A DNA stretch of 63,499 nt, filler included, from Octopus bimaculoides (lineage: Eukaryota): NCBI RefSeq assembly GCF_001194135.2. It is 5 parts of 5 records of this genome, joined end to end, with 100 filler letters (N's around TTAATTAATTAA, not from the genome) between each part and the next. Parts side by side here need not be neighbours in the genome. Positions count along the whole stretch, not along the records: positions 23,708 to 29,437 come from NC_069004.1; positions 29,538 to 36,495 come from NC_068990.1; positions 36,596 to 42,178 come from NC_068997.1; positions 42,279 to 63,499 come from NC_068984.1; 1 more part is not named here. One strand, 5' to 3'. Positions 28,962-42,339 of this stretch are shown here, one piece after another (positions within the stretch are counted from its first letter, which is position 1; each line of letters opens with the position of its first letter). The notes beneath the pieces were generated by a model. That model made no database searches. It had not been told where the DNA came from and was given only the letters and a program-made list of their open reading frames with translations. Position numbers and translations under genes: made by a program.

Positions 28962-29361
28962 CTCTATGCAGTAACTCAATTTACTAGAAATACCAGTCAA
29001 ATCTCCACTCAAATCAAACCTTTGTCTTAAATATAGAACAACATACCAGGCAATCTAGTTGTTGATGTGCAAAGAAGAAAAAAAGACAGGATGGTCATAT
29101 TCAGAATGCCTTTGATCAGAGGTTTATTCAATCAGTTCTGACTTGCATCTAAATAAAAAAAATACCAACTACATTGAGGTGGATTTTTTTCTTTGGGAAA
29201 GGGGCTCTTTATTATTATATATATATATTTTTTTTTGTCTTCCATATTTTCTGCATGTGACAGATGTTTTGTTAAGGTTTGTTCTGTCTTTGAAATTACT
29301 TTACTCCAACAATCATCAACTGAAGACACATTAAACTTATATCCATACACATATACATATG

Positions 29362-29437
<76 letters not shown>

Positions 29438-29537
29438 NNNNNNNNNNNNNNNNNNNNNNNNNNNNNNNNNNNNNNNNNNNNTTAATTAATTAANNNNNNN
29501 NNNNNNNNNNNNNNNNNNNNNNNNNNNNNNNNNNNNN
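29438..29537. other. Artificial 100-bp scaffold spacer
   Basis: 44N-TTAATTAATTAA(29482-29493)-44N. Confidence 0.95.
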
Positions 29538-29577
<40 letters not shown>

Positions 29578-29580
<3 letters not shown>

Positions 29581-29915
29581 AGAAGACCCCCTTCGGACAT
29601 GCATGACCATGGGATTGCACCTAGAAAGTTACCCTCCAAGGCATAAGTCTGGGCAAGGTTGTTTATGTAAGACCGGCAGTTGCCCATGCATACCAGCCTC
29701 CCCTCTCCACACCACTGATGTTATCTAAGGGAAAGGCAAAGGCTGATACAGTTTGGCACCTTTGACATCGCAACCCATTTCTACAGCTGAATTAACTGGA
29801 GCAACATGAAATAAAGTGTCTTGCTCAAGAACACAACACATAGCCCAGTTCGAGAATAAAACTCACAACCTCACGATCATAAGCTCGACACTCTAACCAC
29901 TGAGGCATGCACCTT
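29578..29915 (-). mobile_element. SINE family C (tRNA head, cttgagcaagacactt core)
   Basis: Minus-strand head ggtgcatgcctcagtggttagagtgtcgagc has an A-box-like motif. Related copies lie at 52840-53090 and 59450-59735. Confidence 0.75.
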
Positions 29916-29941
29916 CACACACACATATATATATATATATA

Positions 29942-30480
29942 CAAGGTGATATCACTATGTTCCCGGACTAGTTCTGTAGCATGCCAACAGATGGCAGCAC
30001 ACAGTTGCATGCACAGTAAGAGCTAGCAGTAACCTTTATGAGGCAGTGTGCAAAGTAACATCACTGTGTTTACTTCACAAGTTGTGATGCTTTGTGTTTT
30101 TGTGATCACGTGTGTATGCTGCCGTCTGTGATTTTGTCATGAACAGGAAGTTGAAACAAAGAACAATGTGAAAATTTGCGTTTAACTTGGGGAGCCTGCT
30201 ACAAAGACATTGAGCATGCTTTGGCAAGGTTAGGGGTCATATGTAATGTTTCGAGAGGCACAGGCGCTTCAAAAGTGGAAGAATATCCTGGAAAGCAATG
30301 AGCAATCTGGAAGACCTGCCACAAGTGTTACTCCCAGAAATGTGGTATGGTGCATCAAGAATTCATCCCCCAGGGCCAGACCATCAACCGAGAGTTCTAC
30401 TGCAATGTTTTGAAGAATTTGAGGGAGGACATTCAGCAAAAGCAACTAAATCTGTGGAGCACAAAGAATTGGATTCTTCA
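29942..30480 (+). mobile_element. Mariner 5' fragment with internal deletion
   Basis: Starts after TA. Degenerate MNRKLKQR..VKFCV.LG..ATKTLSML, HRRFKSGR.SWK (HTH region), then EFYCNVLKNLREDIQQKQLNLWSTKNWILH. Confidence 0.75.
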
Positions 30481-30672
30481 AAACTAAGGGATATACCTAT
30501 CCAATATACTGCTGGTAGTAGTGTACCCAATTATTCATATCCAAGTGTTAGTTATTGCATGGTAATCTCGCAATTGGGTATTATAAATGGGCAGGGATAA
30601 CAAGTGGTTTACCCTTGATTTATACGGCAAATATAAAATCTGTCGATTTTATATCCTCTCCGTTTTCTTATT

Positions 30673-30743
<71 letters not shown>

Positions 30744-30746
<3 letters not shown>

Positions 30747-30910
30747 GACGAGCTTCTTTCAATTTCCGTCTACCAAATCCACTCACAAGGCTTTGGTTGG
30801 CCTGAGGCTATAGTAGAAGACACTTGCCCGAGGTGCCAGGCAGTGGGACTGAACCCGGACCCATGTGGTTGATAAGCAAGCTACTTACCATACAGCTACT
30901 CCTGCACCTA
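30744..30910 (-). mobile_element. SINE family A head/core
   Basis: Near-identical to 41360-41520. Confidence 0.85.
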
Positions 30911-31282
30911 TAATGGTGATGGTTTTTTTTATCAGCAAAAATGTTCACTTAATGAGAAGCGGATTTTGAGGGAATATATAAGACTCCTTGCTGTTTGGAT
31001 GGACAAAGAAACACAATAGGATGTTTTTAATGCAATTTACCATAATGGAAAAAAGTAAGGAGTATCGTGAAACATTCATAGCTAGCAGAAGCTGGGTTGA
31101 TAGATTCAAATAAGACCCTAATCTACAAGGCATTTGTATCTAACAATCTCTGCATAATAATAGCAGAAGATACAAATGTTGGCTGGTTGCATAATTTCTC
31201 CAGTCACACTTTACATTGACTAGAGGGAGAAAGAATAAAAAGAAAGAGAGAAAGAGATAGACAGATAGATAGATAGATAGAC

Positions 31283-31314
<32 letters not shown>

Positions 31315-33032
31315 GGAATGATAGAGAGAGAGAGAGGTGAATGATGAGTGTCTTAATACTTTATGAAAAATATACATTTTTATAATGAAACTTTGCTGAG
31401 ATCCAGAATAAAATACAAATTAATGGTACTACCAAAGTACAGACATCCAGCTATCAAAGGATTTTCCCCAGATTCTTAAGACCTTAATCAAATGTTGTTG
31501 AACTGACAAGAATATGGGAATAAAGGAAACAATTTCTTTGTTAGTTGCCTTGTTATGTAGCTCTCCAGTAGAGAGAAGGTATAAAAGGTGCTGGTAAGTG
31601 ACCAAACCATCTTGAAGCATGATTAAACAGTAATGAAAAGTGTTTAAGCGTTAAAACTTTTTGAAGACTGTAACATTGGCGACAAGATAAAAATAAAATA
31701 GATTTGCAGAGATTTGAAACATCATAGTTATGTTTACAACAAAATGGTATCTGGCAGTCTACGAGATGAATTGCAAAATTTAAATTTCGAATTCAGATTC
31801 ATGGTCAGAATGTTTTTATTTGCAGTTGTAAAAAATGGAACAATAAGGAGGAACATTGGATAAATTATGTGGAACATTTAAAGTTTTTCTTTGAGACCAA
31901 AGATGAGGAAAGTGACAATTAAGAAACTGGTGTTTGTGGTTGGTGCAAAGATTATATTTAATTCTTCAGGGTCTATCCAACAATGAGCCAGGTGAAAACA
32001 CATTTCAACTCTTGTCAGCTCATGGAGAAGCAGATTCATCCTGCCCCTGGAATAATTAATGAGTGGTTTTTGTTTTATTATTGAGACAAACAGACCAAGA
32101 AATTATCAGCCAGCATGTCTGAACATGCAGAAAAATTTCTGAGAAGTGGAGGAATTCTTGAGAACAAATTCAATGAATACCTAAGAGACTTGTGTTGGGA
32201 TTCCGGAATGAGAAAATTCAATAAGAGCAATAGCTCAATGTAAAGACTCTGTTGAAATATCAGTGGCAATTGTATCAGCCACAAAGATTTCCAAGGACAT
32301 TCAGAACATGCAAGGCCTACCAAGAGATGAATCTAAAAATTCCATTCATAAACTAACAGAGAAACATGAATTCTATCAATGAGAAAATACCAACCATCTT
32401 GCTAGTGTGTGTCTTTTGAAAAATAAGAAATGTTTTGTATGCAAATGTTTCAAACATACTCATTGAAAATGAAAGATAATTTGATGGAAAGAAGAAAGGA
32501 CAGCATAAAAAATTGCAGTGAATAACATGGATGAATAAAAAAGAAAAAGATATTTGTAGTTGTGAGTGAGTGCAGATCAAGCAATGGAAAAGCTGGACAT
32601 GTATGCAATGGGTGGATCACATTCACAGTCAGTACAGGTGGAAAGTATCAGGTGATGGTGAAGGTAAACACAAGCACTTCACTTTTAATGATGGAACCTG
32701 AGGAATTTCAAAAACCTGAGTGATTTAAAAGATCTGCAAGAGATGTTGGTGAGGTTTAAAATATTAACCAGAGAGCTGGGAGAAAGTATGTGGTGTGACT
32801 GACATTGATATATCATTTGAAGGGAAATGGTTGCTCTTATTGGTTGTTCCATTTCAGGGAATAGAGTTCATGTGATGAATTTTGATTGACTCTGTATTAC
32901 TGTAGCTGAAGTAAGGTATGTGGATTAATGTTGAACAATGGGGTATATTACACTGCAATTGCTGAAATGAAGCCCTTTTAGGAGAGTGGGTTATATATCT
33001 TTAGATATACACCTAACTTTCCTACATTAAAT

Positions 33033-33360
33033 TGGAAGAGAACTGAACGCAGAAACTCCAAACTGATCAACAACAACAAATATTTATTGTTCGGTGGAAA
33101 ATAAAACAGCTTCTAATTGTCCGGTTTTAGAGTAGCCTGAAATGTAGATGTACGGTTCTTCGAGCTGGTGTCGTTATAGAGACAACTTGGTTCAACCACA
33201 CTCAAATGGGAGAGCTTGCTTAGACGTCTTGCTTGGTCGCTGTCTGGCTTGGTAAGAGACAGTCTAATAGCGGGAACGCTTTGATGTTGAAACCCACGCA
33301 TGCGTGGTTAAGGATTCAGCAATGGCGTCGGCCTTTTGGCGCCAATGTGACGTCACTACA
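33033..33360 (-). mobile_element. Possible solo LTR nested in the Gypsy element
   Basis: More GC-rich block. On the minus strand it begins TGTAGTG, has AATAAA near its end and ends ...ttcca. No clear TSD. Confidence 0.3.
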
Positions 33361-33469
33361 CCCTACTTCAACTAGTGAAAAGAAATGAGATTTGAGGATG
33401 ATGTAGTACTTTGAGGAAATTGAGTAATCATCCTTCCAAAATTCAGACTGGAGATTAAGCAGGATTAAA

Positions 33470-34246
33470 ATGACAGGTAAGGCTTGTGATGTGTGCATTC
33501 AAGGACAAACCAGTCATCCCTGGACAAGCCATCAAGTCATCAAGGACAAACCAGTTCATCCCTGGGAATATCTGAGTCAGCCATGGGCAAGAATACACAT
33601 AGACTTTACTGGTTCATTCATGGAACATATGTTGTTGATTGTCGTTGATGTATCACTTGAAATGAATGGAAATCTGTGTCAGGAATTCGGCAGCTGCAAC
33701 AGTGGAGAAATTGAGAGGAGTCTTCACCACTCATAGTATATTTGTAATATTAATGGTAATGGTCCATATTTTTTTAGTAAACAGTTTAAATTGTTTCTTG
33801 ACTTTAATGGAATAAGGCATATATATATACACTGCTCCCTATCACTCCTCCTCTAACAGCCAAGCTGAGTGCACTCAAAGAGGTAATAAAGAAGACAAAA
33901 GTGGACAGGAAAGGGACACTCAAATCTAGTCAACAAGTTTTTGTTCTCTATCAAAATTGCTCCACATTCAAAAACTGAAGTTTCTCCTGATAAGTTGTTG
34001 TTCAAACGTCACTTAGGACTGCTTCTTACCTATTGAATGAAACCGGATACTCATAATTGGATGCTAAGGGGTCAGTGTAATATGGAACAAAGGACGAAGA
34101 TATTACATCCACTGCATACATTTAGAAAGGACAAGAGTGTTCTTGTATGGAATTTTGGAGTTGGTAAAGGTTGGGTGGAAGGCAGTATAAGCCGACAGTT
34201 GGGAGCCTTACATTTTGAAGTAAGAATAAGTGGGGAGGAATTTTAG
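33470..34246 (+). pseudogene. Gypsy integrase remnant, frameshifted
   Basis: CDVC, VHPWEYLSQPWARIHIDFTGSFMEHMLLIVVD, NGPYFFSKQFKLFLDFNGIRH, TAPYHSSSNSQAE, VLVWNFGVGKGWVEG. Confidence 0.8.
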
Positions 34247-36269
34247 AATGATATTTCAATCAACTTTTGAAGCTTCCAACCTGTCAGTTGAAGTATTGTA
34301 ACCTCATACTTTTATTGTAACAGCAGCTGAGGTTCGTATTATTCCTGGAATTCCTGAAGTTTGTGAGTTAGCTGAAATTGGTTGAAAAAGTTCCTGAATC
34401 ACTTAGGGCATTGACTACTTTCGATTCTCTACTGTAAGAAACTGTTGTCTCTCCTAGTATGTCTGATGCATTGGCTGGTCCTGAAGTTCGTGGGTCAAGT
34501 TGGAGATAGTAACCACGTGACAGGTTTAGCGATTACATATGTGGAAAATACTAATGTCTGGAGGTGTTCCACCGACAAAAACTTAGCAGGGGAAATAAAT
34601 CCAGTGTTAGTTGCCTGTCTATTTATGTAGTACACCAGCAGAGAGAAGGTATAAAAGGAACTAGGAAGTGACAAAGGAGAAATAAGAGTTGTATTGAAGC
34701 ATTTAAGCCCTTTGAAGAATATAACAGACTTAACTGAACTTGTATTAAACATAAACGAAATAAGGGTAACAGGCCTTTTCTGGAAAAGGGTGCCATCTTG
34801 TACTTTCATCTCCCAAAAGGTTTAAGGGTTAGAAAAGACTGTTCAACTCTTAATCTTGGGGAAGTGAAGACAGTATGATCTTTGCCTATCTCCTTACCTT
34901 CTTGGGGGTTTTAGGTAAAATTATACTAATGTGTCCATCTGTTTTAATTTAATTTAATTCTATGTCTTTATGCAGCTGAGGATTGCTCTATATTTAAATT
35001 GATGTAATGATTGCATTGTTCAATTAAATGGGAGTCGCTTGAAATGATTGTACTGCATTACCTCTGGATAATTTGATCTTATTTTGATCTTAAACTTGGT
35101 AGTTATTTTCAGTCTGAATGTACAAAGTTTGTTTATTGTTGAAGAAAAAATGACAACCAATGACGGCAATATGGAAATTCCTTCTGGTTGTGATTTAGGA
35201 ATCAAACAAAAAGATCAGAATAACAACAGAAATTTATACACAAGGTGTTATGTCTTATATTTTGTTCAATGGTGGAAAGATATTGTGAAGGACAAGACTC
35301 TAAATCTAAGACATCACTGGTGACTGATAATGAGTTCTGCCAACCCTGGAATTTCAACAACCTTCATACTGGGTTTGGGTGTTGTAGAGAGATGGATGCT
35401 CTTCCTATCACCAAACCTTACTTGTTTCCAAGCAAGGTAAAATTTCCACAAAGCTGGACATGTTTTCACACAATATTAGAAAGGAATAGCACAGCCTGTA
35501 TGACAATGACATTCATTTACAACTGTCAAATGATGTCAGAAAAAGAAGACACAAACATATACTTATCCAAGGGTCTTCTTTCAGTTTCCATCTTCTAAAT
35601 CCACTAACAAGATTTTAGTCAGCTCAGATCTATAGTAGAATACACCTATTCAAATGCCACACCATGGGACTGAACCCAAAGGCATGTAGTTGGGAAATAA
35701 ACTTCTTAACCACACAGCCATAACTGTACCTATATATATATATAACGTGGCACTCTGTCGGTTACGACGACGTGGGTTCCAGTTGATCCAATCAACGGAA
35801 CAGCCTACTCGTGAAATTAACGTGTAAGTGGCTGAGCACTTCACAGATATGTGTCCCCACAGGGTGATTCAGCATGACACAGAGTGTGACAAGGCTGACC
35901 CTTTGAAATACAGGTACAGCAGAAACAGGAAGAAAGGATGAGAGAAAGTTGTAGTGAAAGAGTACAGTAGGGNNNNNNNNNNCAGAAACAGGAAGAAAGG
36001 ATGAGAGAAAGTTGTAGTGAAAGAGTACAGTAGGGTCCGCCCCCCCCCCCTGCCAGAGCCTCATGGAGCTTTAAGTGTTTTGGTTCAATAAACACTCACA
36101 ACACCCAGTCTGGGAATCAAAACCATGATCCTACAACTGCGAGTCTGCCGCCCTAAATACTGGGCCATTATGCCTCCACCCCTATAAATATATATATATA
36201 TATATATAGCTTCTTAGCTCTCCTGTGTGACCCTTCTGTCCGGCATTCGCCCATGATAGATCACTGACC

Positions 36270-36495
36270 ATCATCATCATCATCATCATCGTTTAACATC
36301 CGCTTTCCATGCTAGCATGGGTTGGACGATTTGACTGAGGACTGGTGAAACCGGATGGCAACACCAGGCTCCAGTCTGATTTGGCAGAGTTTCTACAGCT
36401 GGATGCCCTTCCTAACGCCAACCACTCAGAGAGTGTAGTGGGTGCTTTTACGTGTCACCCGCACTAAAACGGCCACGCTCGAAATGGTGTCTTTT
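36270..36495 (-). mobile_element. SINE 3' portion with an RTE-like tail ending in (GAT)n
   Basis: Minus strand: gttggcgttaggaagggcatccagctgtagaaac...cccatgctagcatggaaagcggatgttaaacgatgatgatg. Confidence 0.75.
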
Positions 36496-36595
36496 NNNNN
36501 NNNNNNNNNNNNNNNNNNNNNNNNNNNNNNNNNNNNNNNTTAATTAATTAANNNNNNNNNNNNNNNNNNNNNNNNNNNNNNNNNNNNNNNNNNNN
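36496..36595. other. Artificial 100-bp scaffold spacer
   Basis: 44N-TTAATTAATTAA(36540-36551)-44N. Confidence 0.95.
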
Positions 36596-36617
36596 CACAC
36601 ACACACACACACACACA

Positions 36618-36843
36618 CGATGGAGTGCTGAAAAGTTTCGGGCTTTAAAGGTGTCGCGAAAGGCCTGGTTGGTGGTGGTGGTGGTGGGGGGGGGGCAGCC
36701 TTCCGTGTTCTTTTACAGGGCTTAGGAAAATTGAAGGACCACTGCAATAAGTGTGTGAATCTGAGAGGGAAATACGTTGAATAAAATCTGATCATCCTGT
36801 ATTTTCTTTTACCCAAAGCCAGGAACTTTTCCACTACTCCTCA
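36618..36843 (+). mobile_element. Mariner-derived MITE
   Basis: Degenerate TIRs cgatggagtgctgaaaagtt / aacttttccactactcctca|ta. Retains the transposase C-terminus GLGKLKDHCNKCVNLRGKYVE*. Confidence 0.65.
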
Positions 36844-37756
36844 TATATATGTGTGTGTATGTATATGTGTGTGTGTGAGTGTGTGTATGTGTGAGATTAA
36901 ATAATGATAAATAATTGTTTCAAATTTAGGCAGAAGGCCAGCAATTTTAAGGGACTCCAGTACTTGACTGGTACTTATTTAATCGAACCTCAAAAGATTG
37001 AAAAACAAGATTTGAACTCAGAACATAAAAACCAGAAGAAATAGCGCAAAGCATATTATTCCAGTAAAGTTTATTTGCTAACAGAATGTGGCGGTCTTAT
37101 AAAGGACGATGTTACTATTGGTTAAGCCCTAGTAAACATCTTTTCCAGCTGGCTATCGACACAGTCTATGTCCGTTTGCAAGGGAGGCCATCGTTTCCAT
37201 CTCCAGCCTTACGTGATACTCACAGGTCATGGTTTCTGGGTGTATACCCGTCGTCAGTGTGAGACAATCACTGGCTGTTGATGAAAGCTTTCTCCACTCG
37301 CAAACACTATATATTCTTTAAGCGACACACAGCCGCTGATCTTGTATAGAGAAAAGCAACTTGTTTCAAACCTCGCAAACGTCCATGAACCAACGAAAGG
37401 ATCTGTAAGTGGAACTAGAACTGTTACAAATAACAGCCAGTTATACCTTATGTCATGTGTCACCGCCTTATAAAAAAAAAAAAAAGCGAAAGTCACATTG
37501 GATGGTGTAATCCTAGAATTACTATGCATGAAAAAAAGATGGTAAATACCTATCTGAGATACCTCTGAACATAAGTCGGTTCGGTCATGGCTGACCTGGG
37601 GTTAAACAACAGCAACATGAACCACAACAACAGTAATAGCGATACGAAGAAAACCATAACGTTTTATCTAATTCAGTTAGTTTCCTTTTGATATTATTGA
37701 TTGCGTGAATGATTATGCAGTTTAAGCATCAAATTCTCCCACTTACAAACGTAGTT

Positions 37757-37795
<39 letters not shown>

Positions 37796-39559
37796 GTAAT
37801 TGTAGTAGCTGTTGTTAGTAATATCGTTGCCTACGGTTAGCTCTGATGAAGTAGGATCAGATGTGTGATCGAAAGACATTCCAGGTAGATGAGTATCCCA
37901 TTTTGTTTTTGTATACTTAGAATCTCATTGTACAAAGCTTATCGTCATTTCCTTTCTTCTCTTAAAAGACTACGTGCATTTCGAAAGAGATCTGGTTACT
38001 TTTTCAAGCCGGTCAATGGCCACGGATAGCAGAAGTTGGAAAATGCTTCTAGCGTCAAGGACAAATTGTTAGTACACAAGCACTCGCTAGGTGCAAATGT
38101 ACTGAAGAAAATAATGAATCATTAGTTTTGTAAATTTACGAGTATAAAACTTATTAAATTACTGTTTCGATAATTAGGAATTAACCGATGTTATTCTAAG
38201 AGTTTTTAGTGACTTCGTTTCAATGGGCGTTTTCAAGTTTGAGGGCTGATGAAACTGTCCCCTGAGGTCCCCTTTTTTGACTCGTCTTTGAGCGTTTTAA
38301 GGAAGAGCAACGAAGAGAACAAGAAAAAAGGGCTTTGACAAACTGAGGAAGTGAGAGGCGGTTTAAGCGTTTTTGTTAAAACTGCAGCAATCCCTCGACT
38401 ATCGCGTGTGTTACGTTCTAAAACCTCCCACAGAAATAATTGAAATCTAAAAAAATATGAATACCTATCGGCCGCAGAAACCCGCGATATACTGAGGATT
38501 CTGCGATACAAACTTACATATATTAGGCAGAAAAATCTGCGATGTACTGAATGCGCGATTGGTGACCCACGATGTACCAAGTGTACGATCGGTGTACTGC
38601 GATATGGTGAGGGATTATTGTATTTAATTTTGCTAGAGGCTTTTAATGCTTTTGGGAAAGATATCGACGCTATAATTCCTTCCTTTAACACAAAACAGAA
38701 AAAAAGAAGTGCTGTGGGCTTTAGTACTTTGGGGCTTTAGAAATGTCTAACATAATACAGAACGGTAGGTCTAACTTGCTTTAGTTTTCACTNNNNNNNN
38801 NNNNNNNNNNNNNNNNNNNNNNNNNNNNNNNNNNNNNNNNNNNNNNNNNNNNNNNNNNNNNNNNNNNNNNNNNNNNNNNNNNNNNNNNNNNNNNNNNNNN
38901 NNNNNNNNNNNNNNNNNNNNNNNNNNNNNNNNNNNNNNNNNNNNNNNNNNNNNNNNNNNNNNNNNNNNNNNNNNNNNNNNNNNNNNNNNNNNNNNNNNNN
39001 NNNNNNNNNNNNNNNNNNNNNNNNNNNNNNNNNNNNNNNNNNNNNNNNNNNNNNNNNNNNNNNNNNNNNNNNNNNNNNNNNNNNNNNNNNNNNNNNNNNN
39101 NNNNNNNNNNNNNNNNNNNNNNNNNNNNNNNNNNNNNNNNNNNNNNNNNNNNNNNNNNNNNNNNNNNNNNNNNNNNNNNNNNNNNNNNNNNNNNNNNNNN
39201 NNNNNNNNNNNNNNNNNNNNNNNNNNNNNNNNNNNNNNNNNNNNNNNNNNNNNNNNNNNNNNNNNNNNNNNNNNNNNNNNNNNNNNNNNNNNNNNNNNNN
39301 NNNNNNNNNNNNNNNNNNNNNNNNNNNNNNNNNNNNNNNNNNNNNNNNNNNNNNNNNNNNNNNNNNNNNNNNNNNNNNNNNNNNNNNNNNNNNNNNNNNN
39401 NNNNNNNNNNNNNNNNNNNNNNNNNNNNNNNNNNNNNNNNNNNNNNNNNNNNNNNNNNNNNNNNNNNNNNNNNNNNNNNNNNNNNCGCTAAGTACTTAGT
39501 TCGGCATGCTAACGATTTTGCCAGCACAACGCCTAACGCCTTCACAGTATTATTAGGTT

Positions 39560-39745
39560 AATGCTTAGCGGTATTTCACTAGTCGCTACGCTCTGAGTTC
39601 AATTTCCGCCGAGGTCGACTTTGCCTTTCATCCTTTCGAGGCCGATAAATTTAGTACAAGTTGCGTACTGGGGGTCGATGTAATTGACAGGACCCCTCCC
39701 CCAAAATTTCAGACCTTGTGCCTATAGTAGAAAGGATTATTAGGT
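39560..39745 (+). mobile_element. SINE family B
   Basis: ctgagttcaatttccgccgaggtcgactttgcctttcatcctttcgaggccgataaa...gtgcctatagtagaaaggattatta. Confidence 0.85.
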
Positions 39746-39799
39746 TAATGCAAGAATAACGGCGTATTTTAACCACGAAATTCAAGGCAATATATTCGA

Positions 39800-40300
39800 G
39801 ACCAGAATAAATTTTATTTCTCGAAATAATATATATTAGATTTTATACATTTTTGTCAATAAGAAATAAAATGAATTATTCCAGTAGTGTAGAATTCGGG
39901 ACACCTGGAACCGATGAATTCTTCGAAGGTATTTTGCACAACAGCTTAGTTATTGAAGACCTGATTCTGAAGGAAGCTGTCGAGATCCATGCAAAAGATA
40001 GTAATAGTCAGTTGAAGAGAGATCTGGTGAATAAGTTGGCTTTGATAGATCTTTGTAATCTAATCCATTAAATTTCTGTCGAGTTATTGACCAAATATAT
40101 GGCGGGGCGCAGTCACGGAAATGGTTTTCCGTTTTCTGATTGACCAATGCTGGACGTAAACGTATATTTTCTCGATTTCCTGTCAATGCTTCTCTGCTGT
40201 GAAAGTTTCCCCAGAATTCAAGAAACAACAACAGAATATTCCACATGCTGACTATCAAACGGTGGCCATATAACTTCCATACGACAGTATTTAGATATTG
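39800..40300 (-). mobile_element. Mariner transposase 3' remnant
   Basis: ITRQKFNGLDYKDLSKPTYSPDLSSTDYYYL (YSPDL motif) and EFIGSRCPEFYTTGI. Confidence 0.75.
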
Positions 40301-41111
40301 TTTTACAATGGCCTGACAACTCAGTAGGACGCTGTTGGCTGCCGTAGGGAATCTATTTTTCGTTAAATGTCACGTTGTGATTAAGAAATAGATCGTGTTT
40401 TGTTGCGTAAAAAGAAAGAAAAAAAAAAAAAAAANNNNNNNNNNAAAAAAAAAAAAAAAAAAAAAAAAAAACCCGCAAAGAAAATTTTGCATCGGCAATT
40501 TTAAAAATGTTTTACTCGTTCGGTTTCCTTTTATCAAACTCTTTCGATTTCCCAATGTGGTGCAAATGTCAAATAACTGCTGACATTTGAATTGTTTTGC
40601 GTGGGTCCGCTTCAATAATGACCCTCAATTGGTCGTTCTCAATCGCAGAAGGTCATCTGTGACCTTTTTGTTTCTCTTCATGTTTTTCTCGTATCTACTA
40701 TGAAATTTTCGGAACCAATTTTGAGCTATACGTTTATTTACGGCCCCAGGCAAAATGCTTGACTGATATTGCTAGCAATGTCTGCTGTTCCGTTTTGTAC
40801 TCGTGCAATAAAATCATTCAGCCTTGACTTTTTCTAATAGCGTAAAATAAACAAGAATATAGTAAAAACAAAATAAATAACCATGATTTTAAGGACCAAA
40901 ATCCGTGTTTCAAATGGTAAATTACATGAAAATAAACGTTTATTCGAAAATAAGCATCAATGTTTAAAATAAAAAATAAAAAAAAAGCAACCCAAAAGCT
41001 ACAAGGCGCATCCGTGGTTGTGTGGTAAGAAGTTTGTTTCCCAACTACATGGTTCGGGATTCAATCCCACTGTATGGCACCTTGGGCAAATGTTTTCTTG
41101 AGCCAACATTA

Positions 41112-41524
41112 CTCTTTTACTTGTTTCAGTCATTTGACTGTGGTCATACTGGAGCACCGCCTTTAGTCGAGCAAATCGACCCCAGGACTTATTCTTTGGA
41201 AGCCTAGTACTTATTCTATCGGTCTCTTTTGCCGAACCGCTAGGTTACGGGGACATAAACACATCAGCATCGGTTGTCAAGCAATGTTGGGCGGGGGGGG
41301 GGCAAACACAGACACACAAACATATACACACACATACATACATATATATATACATATATACGACGGGCTTCTTTCAGTTTCCGTCTACCAAATCCACTCA
41401 CAAGACTTTGGTCGGCCCGAGGCTATAGTAGAAGACACTTGCCCAAGGTGCCACGCAGTGGGACTGAACCCGGAACCATGTGGTTGGTAAGCAAGCTACT
41501 TACCACACAGCCACTCCTACGCCT
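41112..41524 (-). mobile_element. Full-length SINE family A (tRNA-derived head, CORE-like segment, internal microsatellite, unique tail)
   Basis: Head aggcgtaggagtggctgtgtgg (A box) ...gttcagtccc (B box); gcaccttgggcaagt CORE-like motif; internal (TA)/(TG); tail ends gaaacaagtaaaagag. Confidence 0.9.
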
Positions 41525-42178
41525 CTTATTTATTATTCCATATAAATTCGTGAAACACTGACATAGCTATGACAAGAACGTAGAGATTTGGGATTAGTTG
41601 ATGACGCAAACTGGATGTTATTTAAACAAATAAACGAACCTCAGATTTAGGAGTATAACAGTGTGTAAGGCGGCAAATAGCTATTTCACACTTCTAGGCA
41701 TGCGTAAGCCGGGATCCTAACCCGGTTTCAATTCCCAGTTAAATATAATCCATTTACTTCGCTTATGCTAATTTTACAAAAAAATGCATGGATGTTCCTC
41801 AGCCTAAATCCCATTTTCCTATGAATTTGAGATCCCGTGCCAGAATTAAAAAAGAAGAAAATCGATACCGCTTCAGAGAGAAGAAAAGGAAGAACACAAG
41901 AGGTAATTCAATCTCTTTGGAAAATATATAACCATGACTTTGGGGGAATAGATATGAACATCACAAATAATAACCTTTTTCCTCCTTCCAACTAAATTTG
42001 TGACATTTTCTCATCTGACTGCTTAGTTGTAAAACAAGGAACGGCTCACCGCTCCAAGCAGTATCACAACAACAACAACAACAATAATAAAATCGTGAGC
42101 TGGATCGGTACCTTGCAGTACTGAACATTGACTACTGCTGCTGCTGCTGCTACTACTACTACTACTACTACTACTACT

Positions 42179-42278
42179 NNNNNNNNNNNNNNNNNNNNNN
42201 NNNNNNNNNNNNNNNNNNNNNNTTAATTAATTAANNNNNNNNNNNNNNNNNNNNNNNNNNNNNNNNNNNNNNNNNNNN
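42179..42278. other. Artificial 100-bp scaffold spacer
   Basis: 44N-TTAATTAATTAA(42223-42234)-44N. Confidence 0.95.

Positions 42279-42339
<61 letters not shown>

Larger units (their letters stand above)
31539..34726 (+). mobile_element. Decayed Gypsy LTR retrotransposon: short LTRs, gag/protease remnants, integrase; RT/RNaseH not found
   Basis: Diverged LTRs 31539-31675 and 34605-34726 (tgttagttgcc...agagagaaggtataaaagg...aaca). PBS-like ttggcgacaag at 31676. Gag-like HWINYVEHLKFFFETKD and YLRD remnants. Integrase HPWEYLSQPWARIHIDFTG. Confidence 0.75.

Noticed and set aside
35920-36035. Exact 53-bp direct repeat on either side of a 10-N gap
   Set aside because: Identical sequence flanking a nominal gap is typical of an unmerged contig overlap, so this is an assembly artefact.
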